This document shows positions 9,751 through 19,010 of a DNA stretch of 58,837 nt, piece after piece. The stretch lies in the IMG/VR virus record IMGVR_UViG_3300028025_002566, positions 1 to 58,837 of that record; one strand, 5' to 3'. The translations under genes were made by a program, and so were the position numbers. Origin of the DNA: a virus. Taxonomy: Duplodnaviria > Caudoviricetes. How positions within the stretch are numbered: the stretch's first letter is position 1; each line of letters starts with the position of its first letter. The notes beneath the pieces were generated by a model. It worked only from the letters and a program-made list of their open reading frames with translations. It was not told the origin of the DNA and did no database searches.

Positions 9751-10620
9751 ATGGCAACCCCATTATATGACGCTCTCGTAGCAAAAGTAAGAGATTGGAG
9801 CAATAAACCCGAAGTAAACACTATTCCTACAAGCGTTATTCAGGATTGCCTAAAGTATTCAGCTGACGAGTGTTATCGATTATTACGTATTCCTCCTTTA
9901 GAGGAAACAGTTATTTACACCGTAAGTTCTGGTGATAATACCGGTGCTCAGAATGATGTATTAAGCTACACTTCATTCCCAATCCCAGAAGACCTTACTC
10001 AATTTATTTATTTAAGGACACTGGAATCAGAGACTAACGAATCAATAGTATTTGATGAGATCACAGATAAAAGAACATTCTTTAATCAATACGCTGAGAC
10101 ATACAGTTCAAACTATTGGATGTGGCAAGATGGTAAGTTATTTATCAAATCACAATTACCTGTAGGTACTCAAGTAGAAATCCATTACTACAAAAGATTA
10201 CCCTCATTAAACGCTTTATACAGCGTAATACCAGTTAATTATATTATTAGTTTATCTGATGCAAATCAACCATACCTTACTTTGGTAGTAAGTGGAGGTA
10301 CTAATTTATATTTTAGTACTGCTAGTTCAGTTACCCGATGCTTTAGTTCGTATGCAGAAGCTGAAGCTTATAATTCTACCGTAACAACTAAAATGTATAT
10401 TGGCAATGAAGTGTCTAATTGGTTAAGAGATCAAAATGAGCGACTACTTATTTGGGGTGGTTTATATAATCTTGGAGCTTATTTAGTTGATGATGCAATG
10501 GAAAAGAGATATCAAGCAAAATTCCTTGATAATATTGGTTCATTAAATAAAGAAGAAAAATGGAGACGTAGCCTTGGTGGTAACGTTCAAATGAACTTTA
10601 ACACTGGTGGTTTAATCTAA
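9751..10620 (+). CDS. Head-tail adaptor / tail tubular protein A-like
   Basis: YDALVAKVRDW start, LRIP, IHYYKRLPSL, SNWL...LLIWGGL pattern of podovirus adaptors; position after MCP. Confidence 0.7.
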   Translation: MATPLYDALVAKVRDWSNKPEVNTIPTSVIQDCLKYSADECYRLLRIPPLEETVIYTVSSGDNTGAQNDVLSYTSFPIPEDLTQFIYLRTLESETNESIVFDEITDKRTFFNQYAETYSSNYWMWQDGKLFIKSQLPVGTQVEIHYYKRLPSLNALYSVIPVNYIISLSDANQPYLTLVVSGGTNLYFSTASSVTRCFSSYAEAEAYNSTVTTKMYIGNEVSNWLRDQNERLLIWGGLYNLGAYLVDDAMEKRYQAKFLDNIGSLNKEEKWRRSLGGNVQMNFNTGGLI

Positions 10621-10629
10621 GGAGATATT

Positions 10630-13600
10630 ATGGGATATGAACAACAACCGGGTACTACCTCTGATCAAGCTGAGGGTGGGGAATATGATTCTGGATCACA
10701 AAGCTCAGCCAGTTATCCTATTAGTAGTTCTTTAAATGGGTATAATATTACGCCGGGAGTTACAGGTAATATCTCTTCTGGTGGTCAATATGATGATTTA
10801 GATTCAGTTGACTCTATAAGCTATAGTAATCTTGCAGCTGAATACGCAGGACAAGCTGCTCAAAGCGCTAATGCTGCAGCTAACTCAGCTACAGAAGCTT
10901 CTGCTTCTGCTATTTCTGCTGATATTTCTGCGGATATTGCTTCCGATGCTGCCGGTGATGTTAATGCAGGTGTTATTGCAGCAGCAGCATCAGCCACCTC
11001 TGCTTCAAACTCTGCTACCACAGCTACAACCCAAGCAGGTATTGCTACTACTCAAGCAACAAATGCTTCTGCTTCCGCAACAAGCGCAAGCACATCCGCT
11101 AGTACAGCAAACACTGCCGCTACTACAGCTACTACTCAAGCGGGTATAGCTACTACTCAAGCTACTGCCGCTGCAACCAGCGCTACTAATGCTGCTACTA
11201 CAGCTACTTTATCCGAAACAAGCGCAACTAACGCCGCTACTTCAGCTAGCTCTGCTAATACTTCTGCTTCAACGGCTACAACTGCTGCAACAACAGCAAC
11301 TACACAAGCAGGTATTGCTACTACTCAAGCAGGTATCGCTACTACTCAAGCTACTAATTCTGCAAATAGTGCTACTACAGCTACTACTCAAGCGGGTATA
11401 GCTACTACTCAAGCAGGTATCGCTACTACTCAAGCTGGTATTGCTACTACTCAAGCTGGTATTGCTACTACTCAGGCTACTAATGCCGCATCCTCCGCGA
11501 CTGCTGCAGAAGCAGCGCGTGATCAAGCATTAGCCGCATTTGATAATTTTGATGATATGTATTTGGGTGATAAATCATCCGACCCAACGGTTGATAATGA
11601 TGGTAATCCACTTCAGACAGGTGCATTATACTTTAATACAGTAGATAATGTAATGAAAGTATATACAGGCACTGCATGGGTAGCTGCCTACGTTTCAGGA
11701 GCTGGTGTATTACTTGTTGCTAATAACTTATCTGACGTACAAAGTGCTGCTACTTCCAGAACTAATCTAGGCTTAGGCACTGCTGCAACTACTGATAGTA
11801 CTGCTTACGCTACTGCTGCACAAGGGGCATTAGCTGACAGTGCTTTACAACCTGCTTCAATAGGTACAACTGTACAAGGTTATAATGCAAACACGGTTGT
11901 AGATGCCTCTTATGTACATACAGATAACAATTACACAACTACTGAGAAAAGTAAATTAGCGGGTATTGCGGCAGGTGCTGAAGTTAACGTTAACGCCGAC
12001 TGGAATGCTTCAAGTGGTGATGCTCAGATTTTAAATAAACCAACTCTAGGAACTGCAGCAGCAACAGACTCTACAGCATATGCAACAGCTGCACAAGGTA
12101 TTAAAGCGGATACTGCATTACAAACTGTAGCCTCTGCTGACGGAAGCATTATTGTTACTACAACAGGAACGGCTGTTGATTTGGCAGTATCACAAACATC
12201 CCCTGCCTCTGTAGTAGTTGAGCAGGTAAGGAATACCACTGGCGCAACTCTTACTAAAGGTACAGCAGTTTATATTTCAGGCGCTACAGGTCAATTGCCA
12301 ACTGTGTCTAAGGCTTTAGCTACTGGTGACTCTACCTCCGCACAAACTTTAGGTTTAATTACTAATGATATATCTAACAATTCCAATGGATATGTTACTA
12401 TTATTGGTCTTATTACAAATATAAACACATCAGCGTATACCGATGGTGATCAATTATATCTGAGTCCAACAACAGCAGGAACATTAACTGCAACAAAACC
12501 TTATGCACCAAATCATATGGTGTATGTAGCTGTGGTTGCTCATGCCCACCCGTCTCAAGGTAAGCTACTTGTTAAAGTACAAAACGGCTATGAGATGGAT
12601 GAGCTGCATGATGTATCAGCTCAATCACCAACAACAGGCCAGACTCTTGTATATAACAGTACAACTAGTTTATGGGAGAAGTCTAATGCTCCTGTAATCT
12701 CAAGTACAACCATTAACAGTACAAGTATTGGGGCTACAACACCTTCTACTGGTGCGTTTACTACATTGTCTGCTTCAGGTAATGCTGTAATCAGCGTTAC
12801 AGACAACACCAACGCTGCTTTGCGTATCACTCAACTCGGCACAGGTAATGCTTTGTTGGTTGAGGATGAGACCAACCCTGATTCAACACCGTTTGTTGTT
12901 ACAGCAGACGGGCGAGTAATTCTTGGCACAACAGAAGCGGCTGCGACCTACGGCGCAACAACTCCATTCATGCAAGTTCGTGGAACTGATGGAAGTACGT
13001 CTGCTGCATCTATTGAATCAAATTCAACAACAGCTACTCGTGGTGGCACTTTATTTTTGACAAGAAGCCGTGGCACAACAGTGGGCTCAACAGCGATTGT
13101 TGCAGATGATGATAGGCTTGCTTCAATTATTGGAAGCGGCGCGGACGGGTCAACTTTTGTTCAGGCCGCAAGAATTGATGTCGAAGTAGACGGTACACCC
13201 GGCACAAACGACATGCCCGGTCGCTTGGTGTTCAGCACCACTGCCGATGGCGCAAGTACGCCTACTGAGCGTATGCGTATCGACAGCGCAGGAAGAACTG
13301 TTATTGGTGCTTCACAAGCGTATGCTGCTGATGGTGACACGCAGCAACTTCAAGTTCATGGACTGACACAAGCAGCATCGAGCGCGTTGCTTGCAAACTG
13401 GTCTGCAACCGCAACATCAGAGCCAAACCTTGTGCTTGCTCATTCTCGCAGCGGTGTTGTCGGAACTCAAACAGCATCAGTGCTTAATGATAATTTAGGC
13501 AATATTACTTTTTGTGGTTCTGATGGTTCAGTTTTCAACGCAGGCGTTGGAATTCTTGCTGAAGCAGATGGCACATGGAGTGGTTCAAGCACGCCTGCAA

Positions 13601-14088
13601 AAGTTACTTTTTTCACCGTTCCTTCTGGTGCGACAACCGGTGAAGAAGCTCTTTCATTAACTAGCGGTCAAGGTGTGCAAATCGCACGCACAGCAGTTAC
13701 ATCTCCTGTGGCTAATGACGGTAACGTATTCAGCGGTACTTATACGCCTACACAGGTAAGCACAAACACAAACGTATCATCTGTTACGTATTCTGCTTGC
13801 CAATACATGCGTGTTGGTAACACAGTTACTGTTAGCGGTCAGATTGCTATTGACCCTACACTGGGAGTAACAAACACCGTTGTTCTAATGTCTCTTCCGA
13901 TTGCTTCAAGTTTTTCAGCGTCAAGACAACTTGGAGGCACTGGTTCATCGATAACTGCTGTAAATTATGCGGCACAAGGGCTGGCGTTTATGGCAAACTC
14001 AACAGATGATTGCGTAGAAATTCGTTTAAACCCAGTTAGCGCTTCTACTGTTTCTTACATATTTTCATTCACATATCAGGTGCTTTAA
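10630..14088 (+). CDS. Tail fibre / receptor-binding protein
   Basis: Ala/Thr/Ser-rich repeat stalk; FDDMYLGDKSSDPTVDNDGNPL...GALYFNT motif; DMPGRLVFSTT..ERMRIDS repeats. Confidence 0.85.
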   Translation: MGYEQQPGTTSDQAEGGEYDSGSQSSASYPISSSLNGYNITPGVTGNISSGGQYDDLDSVDSISYSNLAAEYAGQAAQSANAAANSATEASASAISADISADIASDAAGDVNAGVIAAAASATSASNSATTATTQAGIATTQATNASASATSASTSASTANTAATTATTQAGIATTQATAAATSATNAATTATLSETSATNAATSASSANTSASTATTAATTATTQAGIATTQAGIATTQATNSANSATTATTQAGIATTQAGIATTQAGIATTQAGIATTQATNAASSATAAEAARDQALAAFDNFDDMYLGDKSSDPTVDNDGNPLQTGALYFNTVDNVMKVYTGTAWVAAYVSGAGVLLVANNLSDVQSAATSRTNLGLGTAATTDSTAYATAAQGALADSALQPASIGTTVQGYNANTVVDASYVHTDNNYTTTEKSKLAGIAAGAEVNVNADWNASSGDAQILNKPTLGTAAATDSTAYATAAQGIKADTALQTVASADGSIIVTTTGTAVDLAVSQTSPASVVVEQVRNTTGATLTKGTAVYISGATGQLPTVSKALATGDSTSAQTLGLITNDISNNSNGYVTIIGLITNINTSAYTDGDQLYLSPTTAGTLTATKPYAPNHMVYVAVVAHAHPSQGKLLVKVQNGYEMDELHDVSAQSPTTGQTLVYNSTTSLWEKSNAPVISSTTINSTSIGATTPSTGAFTTLSASGNAVISVTDNTNAALRITQLGTGNALLVEDETNPDSTPFVVTADGRVILGTTEAAATYGATTPFMQVRGTDGSTSAASIESNSTTATRGGTLFLTRSRGTTVGSTAIVADDDRLASIIGSGADGSTFVQAARIDVEVDGTPGTNDMPGRLVFSTTADGASTPTERMRIDSAGRTVIGASQAYAADGDTQQLQVHGLTQAASSALLANWSATATSEPNLVLAHSRSGVVGTQTASVLNDNLGNITFCGSDGSVFNAGVGILAEADGTWSGSSTPAKVTFFTVPSGATTGEEALSLTSGQGVQIARTAVTSPVANDGNVFSGTYTPTQVSTNTNVSSVTYSACQYMRVGNTVTVSGQIAIDPTLGVTNTVVLMSLPIASSFSASRQLGGTGSSITAVNYAAQGLAFMANSTDDCVEIRLNPVSASTVSYIFSFTYQVL
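11383..11475 (+). repeat. Coding 21-nt tandem repeats (TTQAGIA heptads)
   Basis: actactcaagcNggtatHgct x4 in tandem, with further copies near 11026-11054, 11131-11160 and 11299-11349. Confidence 0.85.
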
Positions 14089-14241
14089 ATGATTGATTCA
14101 TACACACTTAACTTTGCAGAGCAAAAGCTAATCGTCACGTTTGCTGATGAAACAACCAAAGAGTACACACAAGAAGACAAGGATCAATATCTTGTTGAGT
14201 ACCCTGACCGTGTTTCTGATGTAGTGGCGATGGGCTGGTAA
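14089..14241 (+). CDS. Small acidic protein (50 aa), possible fibre chaperone, not in the ORF track
   Basis: ATG immediately after the fibre stop; MIDSYTLNF...VVAMGW. Confidence 0.6.
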   Translation: MIDSYTLNFAEQKLIVTFADETTKEYTQEDKDQYLVEYPDRVSDVVAMGW

Positions 14242-14277
14242 TGTTTTAATTTACAAAATTTTTTAAGAGAATAGACC

Positions 14278-14475
14278 ATGTCAACGACATTACAACAAAC
14301 TACAGAAACGGGGGTATCTATGGCAACAAAAGCTGCCGCCCCCGTAAGTGTTTCCTTAGCCACTGTTGCTGGTTATCAAGTATCCGAATTAGTTCTTTGG
14401 GCTACTTTACTATATACCGTATTAATGATTTGCCATAAGTTATACGCCATTTATAAAGATTTAAAGGAACCATAA
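14278..14475 (+). CDS. Putative holin (small membrane protein)
   Basis: 65 aa with hydrophobic segments and charged C-terminus; start of the lysis cluster. Confidence 0.55.
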   Translation: MSTTLQQTTETGVSMATKAAAPVSVSLATVAGYQVSELVLWATLLYTVLMICHKLYAIYKDLKEP

Positions 14476-14982
14476 ATGGAACCGATTACAACAGCACTTG
14501 CCGCACTTGGGGTTGTTAAACAAATTGTTAATGTAATTAAACAAGCAGATAGCACAATACAAGATGTATCTTCTCTTGGGCCTTTGCTTGGTAGGTATTT
14601 TGATAAGAAACATGAGATAACAAAGAGTTTAAGAGAGACAAGTAAACCAGGATTTAAAGGCTCAAATATGGGCCGTGCTGCTGAAATTGAATTAGAGTTA
14701 AAGAGTATGGCTCAATTCGAAAATGAAATGCAATTTATATTTATGACAACAGGTAACATTGATGTCTGGAATAAAATTGTGGCCAGATCTGCAGCAATGG
14801 ATGAAGAAGATAGAGCAAATCAACGTAGAGCTGCTGATGCACTTAAACAAGCCCGTAAGAAAAGAAAAGAAAATTTTGAGTTAGGTATTGCTATTACCTT
14901 ATCTACTATTACCCTTGTTATTTTAATGTGGATTGGTATTGAAGCTATATACTATTGTAGGGAGGTTAAGTGTGGAGCCTGA
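14476..14982 (+). CDS. Hypothetical membrane-anchored protein
   Basis: C-terminal TM segment (LGIAITLSTITLVILMWIGI). Confidence 0.65.
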   Translation: MEPITTALAALGVVKQIVNVIKQADSTIQDVSSLGPLLGRYFDKKHEITKSLRETSKPGFKGSNMGRAAEIELELKSMAQFENEMQFIFMTTGNIDVWNKIVARSAAMDEEDRANQRRAADALKQARKKRKENFELGIAITLSTITLVILMWIGIEAIYYCREVKCGA

Positions 14983-15589
14983 TAAATTAAATGCTAATAC
15001 AACATTAGACAAAATATTATCCTATGTAGATTCTCCATTTAAACTATTTGCTATTATAGTTATGGGTATCATAGCTTTCACAGGTTATTTTCTATGGCAA
15101 AATCAAGAGTTCATGCGGGATGCCTATAAGGAATCTAAGAAATTACCTGAGATAAATGTAGATAGAGTAGATGATGCTTCAGCAATGTTATTTAAAAAGA
15201 CTGGTGCTACTGTTGTAGCTGTATTTAAAGTTAACCCTTTATTCAATAGCCGAACATTGTACAAAGCATATACTAAAGATGGTAGAGATAAAAGTATCGA
15301 AGATATTGATGTCGGTTTGTTCAGTCAAAATACTGGAAACAACAATGATGTAATTTCTTTGATGACCAATCAAATTCCATGTAGTGAATATCGTTATGCA
15401 CAATCAGAAGTAGGTTTATGGTATATTGAAAAGGGTGTAACATTCACCTGTCGTATAAGTATACCACCAGACAGTCATAGGTTTGTTGGACAGATTACTG
15501 TTGGATGGTCTGAACCTCCACAAAATCTGGAACAAACAAAATTCATGCTGGAGATTGCCAGCGCGATGTTAACTAAAAGAGGTAATTAA
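14972..15589 (+). CDS. Single-TM protein with a large soluble domain (possibly T4 holin T-like)
   Basis: N-terminal TM, two Cys, C-terminal FVGQITVGW plus helix; GGGAGG SD before GTG at 14972. Confidence 0.5.
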   Translation: MEPDKLNANTTLDKILSYVDSPFKLFAIIVMGIIAFTGYFLWQNQEFMRDAYKESKKLPEINVDRVDDASAMLFKKTGATVVAVFKVNPLFNSRTLYKAYTKDGRDKSIEDIDVGLFSQNTGNNNDVISLMTNQIPCSEYRYAQSEVGLWYIEKGVTFTCRISIPPDSHRFVGQITVGWSEPPQNLEQTKFMLEIASAMLTKRGN

Positions 15590-15590
15590 T

Positions 15591-16001
15591 ATGTTTGCAC
15601 TTGGACCAATACTTGAGATAGGTGGTAAGCTTATTGATAAGCTCATTCCTGATCCTGAAGCTAAAGCAAAAGCTCAACTTGACTTAGCAAAGATGGCACA
15701 GGATGGTGAGCTAGCTAAGATGGCTAATGAAACCAAATTATATGAGACAGAACAAAACAACTTAAGCGATCGTCATAAAGCTGATATGGCCTCTGACTCT
15801 TGGTGGTCTAAAAATATCCGACCATTAACTTTAGTTTATATATTGGTAGCTTATTTATTGTTAGCAGTGTTAGACGCTTCAGTGCTTGATGTTGCTGATG
15901 CTTTCGTAGAATTGCTTGGTCAATGGGGTATGCTAGTTATGTCTTTTTATTTTGGTGGTAGAACTCTTGAAAAGATTATGGATATGAAAGCAAATAAATG
16001 A
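15591..16001 (+). CDS. Holin of the 3TM (GTA-type) family
   Basis: KLIDKLIPDPEAKAKAQL, SDSWWSKNIRP, FYFGGRTLEK motifs. Confidence 0.8.
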   Translation: MFALGPILEIGGKLIDKLIPDPEAKAKAQLDLAKMAQDGELAKMANETKLYETEQNNLSDRHKADMASDSWWSKNIRPLTLVYILVAYLLLAVLDASVLDVADAFVELLGQWGMLVMSFYFGGRTLEKIMDMKANK

Positions 16002-16462
16002 ACTTAACTAAAAACTTTACACTGTCTGAGTTAACTAAAAGTGAAACTGCTTTACGCAAGGGGCTTAACAATGAACCAAATCAAGAGGTTATCTCTAATT
16101 TACAATTATTGGCTGACAATGTGTTGCAACCTGTACGTGAGCACTACAATAAAGGTATCAAAGTTAATAGCGGTTATCGCAGTCCGGAAGTAAATGCTTC
16201 AGTTGGTGGAAGTAAAACCAGTGATCATTGTAAAGGACAAGCTGCTGATATTGAAATTCCGGGCGTGTCTAACGCAGAACTTGCTGAGTATATTAAAAAT
16301 AACTTAAAGTTCACACAATTAATTCTTGAGTTCTATACACAGGGTGTTCCTGACTCTGGTTGGGTACATGTATCTTATGATTCATCCAACTTAAAATGTC
16401 AGACACTTACAGCAGTAAAACAAAACGGTAAGACTGTATATCTCAATGGTATACAAGCTTAA
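15998..16462 (+). CDS. Endolysin, peptidase M15A family
   Basis: LTKNFTLSEL, SGYRS, SDHCKGQAAD and WVHVS zinc-ligand motifs. Confidence 0.9.
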   Translation: MNLTKNFTLSELTKSETALRKGLNNEPNQEVISNLQLLADNVLQPVREHYNKGIKVNSGYRSPEVNASVGGSKTSDHCKGQAADIEIPGVSNAELAEYIKNNLKFTQLILEFYTQGVPDSGWVHVSYDSSNLKCQTLTAVKQNGKTVYLNGIQA

Positions 16463-16476
16463 TCGGTACCTAATAG
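16461..16476 (+). promoter_or_regulatory. Putative phage RNAP promoter
   Basis: AATCGGTACCTAATAG. Confidence 0.75.
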
Positions 16477-16486
16477 GAAACAAAGT

Positions 16487-16759
16487 ATGATAGAGTATGC
16501 TGGAGAAAGTTTTTCAGGTTATAACAAACCTAAGAAAACACCTAACCATCCTACTAAGTCCCATGCTGTACTTGTTAAAGAAGGTACTAAAGTAAGGCTT
16601 ATTAGGTTTGGTGAACAAGGGACACAAGGTAGTCCTAAGAAAGAAGGCGAGTCAGAGTCATATCGTAACCGCAGAGAATCGTTTAAGGCGAGACATGCCA
16701 AAGATATTGCTAAGGGTCCATTAAGCGCAGCTTATTGGGCAAACAAAGTTAAATGGTGA
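16487..16759 (+). CDS. Conserved basic phage protein
   Basis: LIRFG..RRESFKARH..SAAYWANKVKW, common in aquatic phages. Confidence 0.75.
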   Translation: MIEYAGESFSGYNKPKKTPNHPTKSHAVLVKEGTKVRLIRFGEQGTQGSPKKEGESESYRNRRESFKARHAKDIAKGPLSAAYWANKVKW

Positions 16760-16780
16760 TCTGTAGTTAAGGATTATAAA

Positions 16781-17464
16781 TTGAAAAGAGTACATAAGCA
16801 GCGCAGTGAACGTATTCATAGAGATGAACGTTCATTTCATATTCAACCAAAAACGGAAAATCAACGTCTATTACTAGATGCTATTAATGAATTCCCTATT
16901 ACCGTCACTCTAGGCGCTGCTGGTGTTGGTAAAACTTATTGTGCTGCTTCTAAAGTAGCTCAATTATATTTAACAGGTAAGTATGATCATATTATCCTTA
17001 CCCGTAGTAACGTACCTACAGGGAGATCTTTAGGATTTTTCCCCGGTGATATTAATGAAAAGTTAACCCCTTGGTTATTACCATTAATCAGTGTACTTGA
17101 AAAACAATTAGGTAAAACTAAATACGACTATATCTTAGAAAAGAATATTATTCAATTACAACCTCTTGAAACAATTAGAGGCAGATCATTTGAAAATTCT
17201 TTAGTATTAGTTGATGAATGTCAAAACCTTACAATCGAAGAATTAAAAGCTATTACAACACGACTAGGTGAAAACTCTAAGATGATTCTTATGGGTGACG
17301 CTACTCAATCAGATATTGATAATGGCTCTAATATTATTAAGTTCTGTAAGATTTGTGAGAAACATAATATTGAAATTCCTATTGTACGGTTTACAGTAGA
17401 CGATATTGTAAGGTCAGATATTGTTGGGCAATTAGTAAGAGCCTTCATTAAAGAAAAGATTTAA
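16781..17464 (+). CDS. phoH: PhoH-family ATPase
   Basis: GAAGVGKT, LGFFPGDINEK, RGRSF, DECQN, TRLGE, GDATQSD, DIVRS. Confidence 0.95.
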   Translation: MKRVHKQRSERIHRDERSFHIQPKTENQRLLLDAINEFPITVTLGAAGVGKTYCAASKVAQLYLTGKYDHIILTRSNVPTGRSLGFFPGDINEKLTPWLLPLISVLEKQLGKTKYDYILEKNIIQLQPLETIRGRSFENSLVLVDECQNLTIEELKAITTRLGENSKMILMGDATQSDIDNGSNIIKFCKICEKHNIEIPIVRFTVDDIVRSDIVGQLVRAFIKEKI

Positions 17465-17478
17465 TATGGAGATCGTAT

Positions 17479-19008
17479 ATGGCAGAACAAATTAAACAAT
17501 TAGGTGCTGGTGGTTTAAATACAGATACACCCCAAATGATCGTACCACCAAACACCTTTACAGATGTTCTTAATGTACGATTTTATGATGATTCAGTTCA
17601 AACAACAACAGGTGAAACTACAGGTGAAGTAGTAAGTATTGCACCTAACTTTGGAGTTCACTGGAGACGGCCTGATCAAGGCTATAATATATTTGCAAAA
17701 AATGGTAACTTTATTAGAGTAGATTCTGCAGGTAACCAATCAAGTATGTTTAGTTCAGCTAGCTCTGAATATTCAAATAGTGATTGGCAATTCACTTACT
17801 TTAATGGTGGTTACGCTATTGTGTTCAACAATGGTAAATCAACCCCATTATATTGTTTATACGGTAGTATTACTGCAGACAATGCTCTTCAACCGTTACC
17901 CGGTTGGAATTATTCTGAAGGACTTACAGTTACAGCTAAAGTAATTAGAGCATTAAACTATTCATTAGTAGCTGGTAATTTAACTATTAGTTCTGGTGGT
18001 ACAATTACTTATGCACCAGGTACTATTAGGATATCTGTACAAGCACCTACAGGTGGTATTCCCCAAACATGGCAGCCCGGTTTAACTACAGATACTGCCG
18101 ATGAATTTGAATTATCCTCAACATCACCAGTCCTTGATATGGCTAGTCTCAGAGGTAATATGTTTATTTATACTTCTGATAGTATTAGCATGTTAACTAT
18201 TAATCAAGGTAGGGCTAACGTATCAGGTTATTCAGACTCATATGGTATTTTAAATACAGACTGTGTAGTTGAATTTGAAGGTAAACATTTTGTTGTAGAT
18301 AATAATGACATCTATATTCATGCAGGTTCAGGGCAAATTGAACCTATTGCAGATGGGAAAGTTAAAAGATATTTCTTTAGTAACTTAAACAGATCTTATA
18401 TTAATAAAGTACAAGTAATTAGAAATCCATTCTATAAAGAAATTTGGATTAATTACCCTAAGGGTAGTTCTACTGTTTGTAACGAATCATTAATTTTTAA
18501 TTATAAAAGTAATACCTGGACTAAACGGCAATTAGCAAATGTATCTTGGATGTTTAATGGACCGAGTAATATTGCTAACCAATGGCAATATAGTAATAAA
18601 GTATTGTATATGACTACAGATAATGCACAAACATTAATTACTGATGACTCTTATGTTATGTGGAATGGTACTGGATTAGTATCATATGAATCTTATGTTG
18701 AAAAAAGAAAATTAAATACTGGCCAAATTGAAGGTAGTACTTTAATTAGTTCCTTATACACAGTATTTGATATGGTACCCGTTGATTCTGAAATTAATAT
18801 TTATGTGAAGAGTCAAAACAATTATACAGATAATCCTGCTTTTACTTCAGAAGATTTATTTGTTTTCCAACCCAATAACCAAAGATCACAAGGTTATAAA
18901 ATTGACCCAAGAGCTAATGGTCGTATTATGAATTTTAAAATATCCTCTATGGGTAATTGGAGGTTACCATTGTACGCATTTGACGCTAAAGCAGCTGACC
19001 GGAGGTAA
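17479..19008 (+). CDS. Tail tubular B / nozzle-like protein
   Basis: GGLNTD start, NVRF, beta-rich, EIWINYP; position in tail module. Confidence 0.65.
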   Translation: MAEQIKQLGAGGLNTDTPQMIVPPNTFTDVLNVRFYDDSVQTTTGETTGEVVSIAPNFGVHWRRPDQGYNIFAKNGNFIRVDSAGNQSSMFSSASSEYSNSDWQFTYFNGGYAIVFNNGKSTPLYCLYGSITADNALQPLPGWNYSEGLTVTAKVIRALNYSLVAGNLTISSGGTITYAPGTIRISVQAPTGGIPQTWQPGLTTDTADEFELSSTSPVLDMASLRGNMFIYTSDSISMLTINQGRANVSGYSDSYGILNTDCVVEFEGKHFVVDNNDIYIHAGSGQIEPIADGKVKRYFFSNLNRSYINKVQVIRNPFYKEIWINYPKGSSTVCNESLIFNYKSNTWTKRQLANVSWMFNGPSNIANQWQYSNKVLYMTTDNAQTLITDDSYVMWNGTGLVSYESYVEKRKLNTGQIEGSTLISSLYTVFDMVPVDSEINIYVKSQNNYTDNPAFTSEDLFVFQPNNQRSQGYKIDPRANGRIMNFKISSMGNWRLPLYAFDAKAADRR

Positions 19009-19010
19009 TT

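Noticed and set aside
11026-11475. 21-nt repeats as a CRISPR array
   Set aside because: They are in-frame coding heptads with wobble-position variation, no spacers and no cas genes
10630-14088. Diversity-generating retroelement acting on the tail fibre
   Set aside because: No reverse transcriptase and no TR/VR pair seen
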